Source of the DNA: an uncultured Flavobacteriales bacterium
GTDB lineage: Bacteria > Bacteroidota > Bacteroidia > Flavobacteriales > Weeksellaceae
DNA: 64,000 nucleotides
Direction: 5' to 3'
NCBI GenBank assembly: GCA_937876095.1
Contig: CALFIE010000006.1
Coordinates: forward strand, 10,624-74,623
Position 1 is the stretch's first letter. Each line of letters begins with the position of its first letter. The notes beneath the pieces are model-generated. The model searched no databases. It saw nothing but the letters and a program-made list of their open reading frames with translations, and was not told where the DNA came from. Both the position numbers and the translations under genes were made by a program. Positions 18,601 to 27,024 of this stretch are shown in pieces.

Positions 18601-21536
18601 ATGCTTTCCTCTTTTGGTAACGGAATTTCGTAGTTTAAAAATCCGTTCTTTACAGATTTTTGTTCGAATTGCGTTTCTCCGTTTCCGTTTTGTATATAAA
18701 TGTTAATCAGTGCATCAGGAATTGCAGAATACACATAGAATTTTGCAGTTTCGGTGCGGTTATATTCGGTTTTTTCCTGTAGAACATTCAAGAAAGGTTT
18801 TTGATTTTCGGCAAGTTTGGTTTTATCAAAAACTTCAAAATTTTGCTGGATTTTTATGGTGTCTTTTCCTTCGATGTTGTAGAGTTCGAGTTGGTATTTT
18901 CCTGCGGAAAGTTTACCGAGGTCAACAATTTGATTTAGTTCGATTTTGTTTGAAATTGTTTGAATTGGTTTCTGCTCCTTTTCCTTTTTATCAAAATAAT
19001 CGTGTGGAAATTTCTGCACAAATTCTTCTTTGCTCAAAATCGGAAGATTCTGAATTTGATTATCAAAATTATTTCTGAAGATGCGTTTTGGTTCTTCTAA
19101 TTTCGACAATTTTGCGTGGTAAGATTTTTTTAGATTTTGGTCGTTGTAATTTTTGGTTTCTACTTTCAATTCAATATTTTCATCGGTAAAATAATCTGCT
19201 TTAGCATCTGAAACCGCGATGTAATGCGAAACAGAAGATACTTTCACATTGGTTTCCGCAGATTGCGTTTCTCCGTTAATATCAGTAACAGAAGCATTAA
19301 TCTCGTAATTATCAACCTGAATTCCTTCCAGATTTTCATCTTTTTTCAAATCTAATTTAATTGTGAACTCACCTTTTTCATCGGTTTTTGCAGTTCCGAG
19401 GATCGAGTTTTCATTGTCATCATCGTGTGGAAACCACCAAAAATATTTCCAACGAATGTTGTGTTTTTTAATTTCGTAATTTACCACAGAATTACTTAAA
19501 GGAACTCCCGAAAACATCATTGCTTTTCCCTTCAATTCCACTGTTTTTCCGTAACTGTACTCGTCTTTTATCGGTTCAAAAGTCACTTCAAATTTCGGAC
19601 GTTTGTATTCTTCTACTCTGAAATTTTTGTATCCATTTATAGTATTTCCATCAATTCTCAAAGAAAACCGACCATTCAATTTACCTTGCGGTAAAGTGAA
19701 ACTACCGTGATAAGAACCAAAATCGTTGCTCGTGAATTTTTGCGATGTTACTTTTTGTCCGTTCACATCAAACAAAGTGATTTCTTGTTGATCTTTTGCC
19801 AAAACCGACTCTTTTCCGTTTTCTAATTTCGTAGAAATCACTTTGAAATACACCACTTGTCCTGGTCTGTAAATGGCTCTATCTAAGAAAATTTGGATTT
19901 TTCTTTGTGGTACATTTTGAGAATCATAATATTCGTTTTGATAAAAATTAACCAAATTAAAATCATTAGTTTTAGGTTGTCTCACCAAATACCGTTTGTA
20001 ATAGTACTTGTTTTTACCATCAACAAACTGAAATAGTGCAGATTGATCGGTATTCGCAACAGATTTGTTGATTTTTTCATTATCTAAAAATTCATAAATT
20101 TCTATATTTTCATTGGTAATGAATTTTCCGTTATCACGATTGACCAATTTGAATAGATTGTCATTTTTAGTTGGTTGCCTATTTTCCACTTTTTGTTGAA
20201 AAATAATTCTGGATTGCGAAGCAATAAAATAAAACGTTTCGGCTACATTTCCTTCTACCACGTATTCTCCTACATAAATTCCGGAAGGAAGTGGTGCAAT
20301 TTCTAAAGAAGATTGGTGTGTTTTATAATCTTTAAGATCTTGTAATGCAAAAGTCTCTTTTTTTACCAAATTTTTCTTGAGATTAGCGAAATTTTCTTTA
20401 TCCCAAGAATTATAAACATATTTCATAAAACCTTGATAATCTGATTTTACTTCGTACAAATTCAAAGAAAATTGTTTGCAATTTTTGTACTCTGCAACCA
20501 AATGTATCGGTTGATTTGCCAAAGTAGTCGGTTCAAATTTTATAGTAACAAAAGGTTGTTTTATCTGGTTTTCTAGATTTTTAATATTCTCTAAAAATTT
20601 GGATTTCGGATAAGCAGATTTTACTTTATCCGCCCAAGAAAGTGCTTCTACAAATTCTTTTTTTTGTTGCAAATTTTGAATGATATTTTGGACGATGATT
20701 ACTTTGTAATCTCCTTCTGCAAAAGAATTGTAGAGATTTATGAGTTGCTCTTGTTCATTTTTACAATGGGTAAATTCACAATTATTATTTAATTTTTCTT
20801 TGGAAAAATATAATTTGGGATTTCCACTATTTGATGCTATTAAATCTTCATAAATTTTGGTGATTTTCGATTGATTTTCTTTGAGTTCGTTTTTAGTGAA
20901 ATAATCTTCTTCTTTCAGGAAATCCATATAATTTACTGATTTCCAATCGAATAAAGTGGGGAAATAATCAATATTTTCGGTGCTTTCGAAAATTTCTTTG
21001 TATTTACTCATCGAAATTTTCATGAGTTCGGTAGATTTTTTTTCTAACTCATTATAATGATTTTGTAAATAATTTTTAAACTCTGATTTCGACCAAGTTT
21101 CTATATCCGCATTGGAACCTTCTCCTTTAGAAAGATTTTGGTTAAGATTTGTTCTTTCATTAATTTCCCAAGAATTTTGGTCATAATAATCGGTGAAAAA
21201 TTCGCCCAACAAAACTTGGTACACCAGTTTTTCTTCGCCTTGCAATTTACTATCAAAAGTCGCCAATTTTTTGAAAAATTTGGTGGAAGCATCGTTTTTG
21301 GTATCGTCTTCAGTAGTATTTACAATGCTGAATTCTGCTTTTAGACTGCGAATTAATTGCATAGCGTTGTCTTCTTTCATAGCGCGATTTTGGATTTCTA
21401 AAATAATGGGGAGATTGGTTTTATAACCACCTTTTTGGTAATTTTCGGCGACTTTTTTCCATTGTTGGTCGTAATATTTTTGTCCGAAAACAGGCATTGC
21501 AAGTAATAAACTAAGGAATAGAACTAATTTTTTCAT
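15636..21536 (-). CDS. alpha-2-macroglobulin family protein (giant, MG-domain), secreted
   Basis: 1966 aa; signal peptide ending VFGQ; QW-type alpha/alpha-toroid motif QNPDGGFSWYAG; C-terminal A2M-receptor-like domain (FEPVD...GYYQVTKDASTNFYIEYMTKGKYVFEYDYICNSAGTF); no CxEQ thioester seen; internal TonB-plug-like stretch VVVTALGVKREKASLGYA. Confidence 0.6.
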   Translation of the reverse strand: MKKLVLFLSLLLAMPVFGQKYYDQQWKKVAENYQKGGYKTNLPIILEIQNRAMKEDNAMQLIRSLKAEFSIVNTTEDDTKNDASTKFFKKLATFDSKLQGEEKLVYQVLLGEFFTDYYDQNSWEINERTNLNQNLSKGEGSNADIETWSKSEFKNYLQNHYNELEKKSTELMKISMSKYKEIFESTENIDYFPTLFDWKSVNYMDFLKEEDYFTKNELKENQSKITKIYEDLIASNSGNPKLYFSKEKLNNNCEFTHCKNEQEQLINLYNSFAEGDYKVIIVQNIIQNLQQKKEFVEALSWADKVKSAYPKSKFLENIKNLENQIKQPFVTIKFEPTTLANQPIHLVAEYKNCKQFSLNLYEVKSDYQGFMKYVYNSWDKENFANLKKNLVKKETFALQDLKDYKTHQSSLEIAPLPSGIYVGEYVVEGNVAETFYFIASQSRIIFQQKVENRQPTKNDNLFKLVNRDNGKFITNENIEIYEFLDNEKINKSVANTDQSALFQFVDGKNKYYYKRYLVRQPKTNDFNLVNFYQNEYYDSQNVPQRKIQIFLDRAIYRPGQVVYFKVISTKLENGKESVLAKDQQEITLFDVNGQKVTSQKFTSNDFGSYHGSFTLPQGKLNGRFSLRIDGNTINGYKNFRVEEYKRPKFEVTFEPIKDEYSYGKTVELKGKAMMFSGVPLSNSVVNYEIKKHNIRWKYFWWFPHDDDNENSILGTAKTDEKGEFTIKLDLKKDENLEGIQVDNYEINASVTDINGETQSAETNVKVSSVSHYIAVSDAKADYFTDENIELKVETKNYNDQNLKKSYHAKLSKLEEPKRIFRNNFDNQIQNLPILSKEEFVQKFPHDYFDKKEKEQKPIQTISNKIELNQIVDLGKLSAGKYQLELYNIEGKDTIKIQQNFEVFDKTKLAENQKPFLNVLQEKTEYNRTETAKFYVYSAIPDALINIYIQNGNGETQFEQKSVKNGFLNYEIPLPKEESIENLNAQFQLVSYNDVQTVSENVKIVSDKKPLRIETITFRDKLQPNVKEKWSVKILGDDNEKINAEVLANMYDKSLDQFASNSYHWQNLYHKPYFVSQYAINEGLQQKSYSKRLQYFNSYGINQPYFNWFDGGVYGKDIEGVVVTALGVKREKASLGYATAPTPQAEMAVADHLEGKVAGLKISNANSDKILIRGASSIKVDSVKTKDIAKIENLDKVPVRQNLNETAFFYPNLMTDKDGNVSFEFTSPEALTQWKLMFLAHTQDAKSAYLEKTVVTQKEFSVTPNYPRFLREGDELVFKSKLSNLTSQKLNGTAQLQILDAFTNTDITDKFGLIRDNLRNFDINANGSTTVQWNVNVPTDVSSIIIKNVAKAGDFSDGEQKAIAVLPNRMLVTDAVPVFVKEGQTKTFTIENLKNPSKTATNVSNTLELTTNPIWEVIFALPSLKNDNNLSADVVFNKWFADVLASEIFKANPKMKTVFDEYQSKGLLTSNLEKNQELKQLLLEETPWVLDAKNEDEQMAKLARLFDANTMRNSINEDWSELKKLQNPDGGFSWYAGYPSSYGNSLYILKNLGRINEWLKGNLADYQSSEQKEMVSKLVKFVDSELNHYFIVQKENVWSNFALDYLDTRHYWEKDYPLNGNGATLKKLVINKSKTSKITDFTFFGLHRASLLFDAYGLKDISKKLLTYLKETSVQSETQGVYWKQNLNDWGWFSSKVVNQAGALEAFNKLTNDQNLVEEMKIWLITQKEVSSWDTSRSTSEVIYTILNSGKSWTSAESDKATIIWGGKDLVNPDTKATGYVKSSVKSDKIDKNLASVTITKPGAGIVQGGLFWQYYEDLDQIKSSETYISITKELYKKVKTENGEELQKISENSPLKIGDKVTVRMILNTDRPMEYIHLKDMRAAGFEPVDVLSGYHWKNNLGYYQVTKDASTNFYIEYMTKGKYVFEYDYICNSAGTFSNGITTLQNYYAPQMNAHTQGTKVFISE

Positions 21537-21571
21537 AAATTTGGTTTTGGAGTCAAAGCATTGTTAGAATT

Positions 21572-22360
21572 TTGAACTCTAAGAGCGCTCCTAAAATGTT
21601 CGTTATAAAATTACTAAAAAAACACCTTATAGATAGCCAAATTTATGTTTCTTTGGCAGGAACTTTATTGGCTGTCTTTTTTATATTGGAGCAAGATACT
21701 TTTCGCTATCCAACTATTTTATTAGTATTTATAACGTATTTCAGTGGATATTTGTACACCAAATATCAGTATCATCGTTTTTTTTACAAAATTTTATTTA
21801 TAAATGTAATCTGTGGAATCATTTCGGCAGTACTTATTTATCACAATCACCACGAAATTCGGCTCGTAAAATGGCTCGTCATTGTATTTTTGGGATTGCT
21901 GTATAATTCAAAATTTTTAGAAAATTACATCCGGAAAATCCCTCTCGTCAAAGTGTTTTATGTAGGTTTGGTTTGGGCTTTGGTTAATTCTTGGTTGAGT
22001 TTTCCTACCTTCAATTTCCCGATTTTTGTCATCAGTTTTTTGTTTGTAACAGCCTTGGTTTTACCTTTTGATATTCGGGATTTTCGAAATGATAAAGTAA
22101 TTACTTTCCCAAAAATAATCGGAGTACAAAACTCCAAATATTTGGCTTATCTATTGGTTTTTCTAAGTGTTTTGGTTGCTATTTTTGCGTTGAAACCTGC
22201 TTTTGCTGTTTCGTTTTACATCACTGCTATTTTCACCAATTTGCTCATCTATTTTTCAGATGAAAACAGGAGCGATTGCTACTATTCTTTTGGCGTAGAA
22301 AGTATGAGTTTGTTGCCTTTTTTAGTTCTACAAATAGGTTTTTATTTTGAAATTTTTTGA
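21572..22360 (+). CDS. polytopic membrane protein, possibly UbiA-like prenyltransferase family
   Basis: 262 aa, about 8 TM helices; Asp-rich LPFDIRDFRNDK resembles the second UbiA motif; weak. Confidence 0.3.
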   Translation: MNSKSAPKMFVIKLLKKHLIDSQIYVSLAGTLLAVFFILEQDTFRYPTILLVFITYFSGYLYTKYQYHRFFYKILFINVICGIISAVLIYHNHHEIRLVKWLVIVFLGLLYNSKFLENYIRKIPLVKVFYVGLVWALVNSWLSFPTFNFPIFVISFLFVTALVLPFDIRDFRNDKVITFPKIIGVQNSKYLAYLLVFLSVLVAIFALKPAFAVSFYITAIFTNLLIYFSDENRSDCYYSFGVESMSLLPFLVLQIGFYFEIF

Positions 22361-22454
22361 ATGATATTTTTTTAAATTAATAAAGAAAAATCCAAAAATT
22401 GAAAACAAAGTTGTAATTTTTTTATAGTACTTTTGAAGAATAAAAAAATAACCT

Positions 22455-22550
22455 CATTTTTGTCATCAACCAGATTGAATCTTGAATTTAAAAAAATCTA
22501 ATAGAATTTTTTGAACGAGGTCAATCTAAATTTCAGCATGACAAAAAATC
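22455..22550. repeat. palindromic element copy B (termini TTTTGTCAT...ATGACAAAA)
   Basis: cattttTGTCATcaaccAGATTGAatc ... ggTCAATCTaaatttcagcATGACAaaaaatc; ends 13 nt before the recF ATG. Confidence 0.45.
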
Positions 22551-22563
22551 GGCTTGATTTATC

Positions 22564-23661
22564 ATGTTCATCAAAAAACTACAACTATTTAATTTTAAAA
22601 ATCACACAGAACAATTGTTTGATTTTTCGCCAGAAATCAATTGTTTTGTTGGCAACAATGGTGCCGGAAAAACCAATATTCTAGATGCATTACACTATAT
22701 TTCTATGGCAAAAAGCTTCCTGGGAAACAGCGATTTTCAGAATATTTATACTACTTCTACCCAACCAGAAAGTGCCGATTTTTTTTCGATAGAAGCAGAA
22801 ATTGATGGCGACGAAAAAACAGACATCATCAAAATTTTGTTGCCAAAAGAAGGCAAAAAAATCATTAAAAAAAATGATAAATCCTACGACAGAATTGCTG
22901 ATCACATCGGATTTTTGCCAAGTGTGATGATTTCACCTTATGATGCGAATCTGATTTCTGATGCGAGTGAAAGTCGCAGAAAATTTCTAGATGCGATGAT
23001 TTCTCAGACAGATTCTGCGTATCTTTTTGCATTAATGCAATACCAAAAAACCTTGCAGCAAAGAAATGCGCTCCTGAAATATTTCCAGAAAAACAGAACT
23101 TTCGATGCCGAAAATTTAGAAATCTACAACGAACCGCTCTCCAAATTTGGTTCCCAAATTTTTGAAAAAAGACATCATTTTGTTGCCTCTATTTTACCAA
23201 CGATTCAGGAATTTTACGAAATTATTTCTAATGGTAATGAAAAGGTACGAGTAATTTATGAAAGTGACTTACAACAAGCCAATTCTGAGCAATTACTGCT
23301 AGAAAACATAGAACGAGACCGTCAATTGACCTACACTTCAAAAGGAATTCACAAAGATGATTTACTATTTGAAATGAATGGCAATTCTTTGAAAAAATTT
23401 GGAAGTCAAGGTCAACAGAAATCGTTTCTTATTGCTTTAAAATTGGCTCAAATGAATCGTATAAAAGAACTGACTGGCAAAACTCCGATTCTGCTTTTAG
23501 ATGATATTTTCGATAAATTAGATGACCACAGAGTTGCACAACTGATAGAATTGGTAAACGAACAAAATTTTGGACAAATTTTCATTACAGATACACACAA
23601 AGAACGCACCGAATCTGTTGTGAAAAGGATTAATGAGGAAAGTAAGATTTTTGAAATTTAA
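22564..23661 (+). CDS. recF: DNA replication and repair protein RecF
   Basis: 365 aa; Walker A GNNGAGKTNILDAL; RecF/SMC-like signature and Walker B (LLLDDIFDKLDDHR). Confidence 0.9.
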   Translation: MFIKKLQLFNFKNHTEQLFDFSPEINCFVGNNGAGKTNILDALHYISMAKSFLGNSDFQNIYTTSTQPESADFFSIEAEIDGDEKTDIIKILLPKEGKKIIKKNDKSYDRIADHIGFLPSVMISPYDANLISDASESRRKFLDAMISQTDSAYLFALMQYQKTLQQRNALLKYFQKNRTFDAENLEIYNEPLSKFGSQIFEKRHHFVASILPTIQEFYEIISNGNEKVRVIYESDLQQANSEQLLLENIERDRQLTYTSKGIHKDDLLFEMNGNSLKKFGSQGQQKSFLIALKLAQMNRIKELTGKTPILLLDDIFDKLDDHRVAQLIELVNEQNFGQIFITDTHKERTESVVKRINEESKIFEI

Positions 23662-23677
23662 GAAACTATGAAAGTAT

Positions 23678-23936
23678 ATGAAAACCATAATTGATCTTGA
23701 AAAATTTTTAAAAGAAAACCATCCTGAATTAAACAATTATATAATTGGTGGTTTTGGGAAATATGGAATTGATGGTTTTGGATTAGAAAAATTTGGAAGT
23801 CTATTTGTTTGGTTATTATGAAAGAGAAGGAAAACAAAATCTTAAATATTTTAAAACAGAAGAAAAAGCAGTTAGTTTTGCACTGAAAGAAATTAAAAAA
23901 CAAATTAATAATCAAAAAAATCTCTCGCAGAGATAG
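23678..23936 (+). pseudogene. small ORF (~85 aa) apparently interrupted by a frameshift
   Basis: frame 1 MKTIIDLEKFLKENHPELNNYIIGGFGKYGIDGFGLEKFGSLFVWLL* (23678..23821) continues without a stop in the +1 frame as GYYEREGKQNLKYFKTEEKAVSFALKEIKKQINNQKNLSQR* (23808..23936). Confidence 0.25.
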
Positions 23937-23989
23937 AAAATTATGCTGATCAAAAAAATCTGCCAAATCTGCGAGAAATATATTAAAGA

Positions 23990-24304
23990 TTGCTTCGCTT
24001 AACTCGCAATGACATGAAAAAAAAACGTGAATACACTTCTTCTGAACTGGTGAATTCTTTCGCCAAAATTTATGGTTTTGAAGATAAATTGGTCGCTCTG
24101 AAAATCAAAGATTTTCTGGGAGATTATTTAGATGATGCCTTGTTTCAGGAAATAGAATCGGTGAATCTGAAGGATAAAATCATCAGTATCAAAATAAAAT
24201 CTCCGCTCCTGAAAAACGATTTCAGACTTAGAAAAAGTTTTTTCTTGCAAAAATTCCAAACAGAATTTAGCGAGGTGCAATTTGTAGATTTACTTATTTT
24301 TTGA
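23990..24304 (+). CDS. DUF721 (DciA-like) domain protein downstream of recF
   Basis: about 95-104 aa; conserved recF-downstream position; start may be the second Met (MKKKREY) at the A9 tract. Confidence 0.4.
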   Translation: MLRLTRNDMKKKREYTSSELVNSFAKIYGFEDKLVALKIKDFLGDYLDDALFQEIESVNLKDKIISIKIKSPLLKNDFRLRKSFFLQKFQTEFSEVQFVDLLIF

Positions 24305-26314
24305 CACCGTTTTCTGCACCATTTCTTTTGCTCGAGAATCTAAAAACGAACGAATTGGGAAGAAAAATCGCAATGGATTTTTTAGAAAATAGCGGAAAAT
24401 TTCTTTGAAAATAAGTTTCACCTCTCCTACTCTCACTTTTCTAGATCTGAATGCCAAAAACATTGATAATCCGAAACTCACCAAAAAATTGAAAAAACCA
24501 ATTAAAAATACGGTGAAAAATGAAATCAAAAAGGTAGAATTACTGATATTGAAATCTTTGCCATACAAACCCAAAGCAAAATTTCCGGCAGCAAATGTGA
24601 TGTGTCTGATATCAATATCTAATCCCAAAAACAAACCAATTGGAGCAGTTGCTCCCAAACAAACACCAAACCAAAAATTAGAGACAATTCCCGCCCAATT
24701 TCTAGAATAAAACACTGATAATCTTTTAGTAAATTTTTCACCAAAAAACTGATTCATAAAAGGATTTTTGGCAATACGTTTCGGAATTTTGTAATACACC
24801 GAATTGTTGCCGACGTTCCCTGAAATAATTCCTGAAATAAACAAATAAAAACCAGCAATAGAAGCGTGCAAAATTGCTTTGGATTCAAATGGATTAAGAT
24901 CGGTAAGTAATTTGGTGGATTTTTCTACTGCAAAATTTTGTGAGAGCAACACATCTAAACCATAAATAATAGCCAAAGAAACCGGAAATGCCCACAAAAC
25001 ATTTCCCACAAATGCGATGAACTGACTTCTAAATAATTTAGAAACCAAGTTTGCAAAATCTTGATAATTTCTCTGGTGATTTTGATCTTCAGAAAGTACT
25101 TTCGCCATGGTAGCAGCAGTCATTGCTGGTTGTTTGGTTGCCAAAGTGAAATTCATAAGATAAATCATGATAAATCCCATTGCATAATTGAAAGAATACA
25201 ACACTGCGTGCGAAAAATCACTACCCGGAATGTAGCTGTACAACATTTTCAATACACAGAGTGCACCTACAATTACACCACCTCCACTTGCTTTCCAAAA
25301 CATTTTGAGGTATTCTTTGAAAGAAGAGGTAATATATTGACTTCCTGTTTCTGCAGTGTGATTGGTGATGAGATGTGACATCAATCTAGTGCTGTCCGAA
25401 AACAAATCACCAATATTGTTTTTGCGGGATTTGTATTCTAAAATATCAAAAAATAATTTTTGGGATTTCAGGAGCGCATCTTCGTCGGAATCTTGCACCA
25501 AAACGTACAAAATATCTGACATACGAACTACTTGTTGTCTGATTTTCAGCAGAGATTGATTGATTTTTCCTGAAATCCCATACTTAGAAGAATTCTTGAA
25601 AGCAAGATCTACAAATTCTAAACACTGTTGTAAATAAACTTTGATTTGCTTATAGTTTTCATTCTTAGAATGTAATGTGTAATCGGGGTTTTTGCTATAG
25701 CAATCTAGCAGAATTTCTAATTCTTTTTGTAGCGCCAAAAAAGGATTATCAAAATTTTTGTATTGCGGTGCCATATTCACCACTTCTATTTCTAGTGTAT
25801 TACCAATCGTTCTCCAAGACAAAATATTCATAGAAAACAGCAATTCTCTTTTCACTTTTGGCTGGGTAGAAATGGTATCAATTTTCAAAATTTTGAACAA
25901 TTCATCGAGTTCCTGCTCTGGAATCGCTTTAAAATATTTCAAATCCTGACTTGGCCTTACTGAAACGGTATCTACCAATTGCCAAATAGTACCATCATAA
26001 TCTACTGGTGGCAAAACTTGGTTTAGTAAACGTTTTTTCAGTTCTGGTACAAATGCATTTTCAGATAAAATATCGGCTTCTGTCAAAGATAAATTGAACC
26101 TTTTATCAAAAACCTTACGTATGTAATGTCCAAAATTATTTGTAATAGTCGGATTGGACTTCAAGAAACTCAAAAATTCTACAAAAGGTTGCTTTTTAAG
26201 CAAAAAAAGGATTTCAGAAAGCGGTTTAAGCGATTTGGATTCGTTGTGCGAACTAAAATATTTTATAAGAACTTCGCTGAAATTTTGATATTTATTTTTG
26301 AAGAAGTAAGGCAT
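24290..26314 (-). CDS. large membrane protein of unknown function (soluble N-terminal ~330 aa plus C-terminal ~8 TM helices)
   Basis: 674-aa ORF 21 nt downstream of mtgA on the same strand; resemblance to the family annotated as site-specific recombinase (Gcr-like, PF10136) is from memory only. Confidence 0.5.
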   Translation of the reverse strand: MPYFFKNKYQNFSEVLIKYFSSHNESKSLKPLSEILFLLKKQPFVEFLSFLKSNPTITNNFGHYIRKVFDKRFNLSLTEADILSENAFVPELKKRLLNQVLPPVDYDGTIWQLVDTVSVRPSQDLKYFKAIPEQELDELFKILKIDTISTQPKVKRELLFSMNILSWRTIGNTLEIEVVNMAPQYKNFDNPFLALQKELEILLDCYSKNPDYTLHSKNENYKQIKVYLQQCLEFVDLAFKNSSKYGISGKINQSLLKIRQQVVRMSDILYVLVQDSDEDALLKSQKLFFDILEYKSRKNNIGDLFSDSTRLMSHLITNHTAETGSQYITSSFKEYLKMFWKASGGGVIVGALCVLKMLYSYIPGSDFSHAVLYSFNYAMGFIMIYLMNFTLATKQPAMTAATMAKVLSEDQNHQRNYQDFANLVSKLFRSQFIAFVGNVLWAFPVSLAIIYGLDVLLSQNFAVEKSTKLLTDLNPFESKAILHASIAGFYLFISGIISGNVGNNSVYYKIPKRIAKNPFMNQFFGEKFTKRLSVFYSRNWAGIVSNFWFGVCLGATAPIGLFLGLDIDIRHITFAAGNFALGLYGKDFNISNSTFLISFFTVFLIGFFNFLVSFGLSMFLAFRSRKVRVGEVKLIFKEIFRYFLKNPLRFFFPIRSFLDSRAKEMVQKTVSKNK

Positions 26315-26334
26315 TGATTATGCAAATATAACCA

Positions 26335-26994
26335 TTATTTCAAAGTAACATTGTTCATCTGTCTCATAATCCAATTGTGTCGTCTTTGCAAGTACGGCGA
26401 TGGATTTTTGGGGTCGTATTTCTGCGGATTTGGCAAAACAGCGGCAATCCAAGCTGCTTCACTTTTGGTCAATTTTTTTGAAGATTTTTTGAAATAATAT
26501 TGCGAAGCAGATTCTATCCCAAAAACACCTTGTCCCATTTCTATCGAATTTAGGTAGCGCTCCAAAATCACATCTTTTCCCCACACAATTTCTATAATGA
26601 AGGTATAGATTGCTTCAAGCCCTTTTCTGAGGTAACTTCTACCTTGCCACAAAAATATATTTTTGGCGGTTTGCTGAGAAATGGTACTTCCGCCACGCAA
26701 TTTTTTACCTTTTTCATTTTTTTCATAGGCTTTTTGTATGGCATCTATATCAAAACCATTATGAACAAAAAACTTCTGATCTTCTGAAGCAATCACTGCT
26801 TTTTTAATTTCTGAACCCATTTCATCGTACGAAATGTAATCCCGGTCTAATTTCCGGTACTCAATCATTCCACCAAGTTGAGTCAAAGTAATTGGCGGAT
26901 TGAAGAATTTTCCCCAAAAAATAAAAATTATATTGAGTAAAATAACGATGTAAAGTACTTTCTTAATTTTTTTCCACATAAGAATTGCGACCAA
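26335..26994 (-). CDS. mtgA: monofunctional biosynthetic peptidoglycan transglycosylase
   Basis: 219 aa; N-terminal TM; GT51 motifs (ASEDQKFFVHNGFD, RGGSTISQQTAKN, AAVLPNPQKY). Confidence 0.85.
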   Translation of the reverse strand: MVAILMWKKIKKVLYIVILLNIIFIFWGKFFNPPITLTQLGGMIEYRKLDRDYISYDEMGSEIKKAVIASEDQKFFVHNGFDIDAIQKAYEKNEKGKKLRGGSTISQQTAKNIFLWQGRSYLRKGLEAIYTFIIEIVWGKDVILERYLNSIEMGQGVFGIESASQYYFKKSSKKLTKSEAAWIAAVLPNPQKYDPKNPSPYLQRRHNWIMRQMNNVTLK

Positions 26995-27024
26995 TTAGTT
27001 TGCAAAAATAGGATTTTTAATTTT

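Noticed and set aside
15636-21536. Reading the 1966-aa protein as a T9SS-secreted SprB-like adhesin
   Set aside because: No recognisable T9SS C-terminal domain; the A2M-type QW motif and receptor-like C-terminus fit alpha-2-macroglobulin better.
23658-23966. 102-aa minus-strand ORF across the recF-DUF721 spacer
   Set aside because: Phe/Ile/Asn-rich low-complexity translation antisense to the more protein-like frameshifted plus-strand ORF.
24014-24023. A9 homopolymer at the likely start of the DUF721 gene (ATGAAAAAAAAACGT) as a phase-variation switch
   Set aside because: A8-A10 tracts are frequent throughout this AT-rich window, including intergenic sites (9531, 33479), so a single tract is not evidence of a contingency locus.
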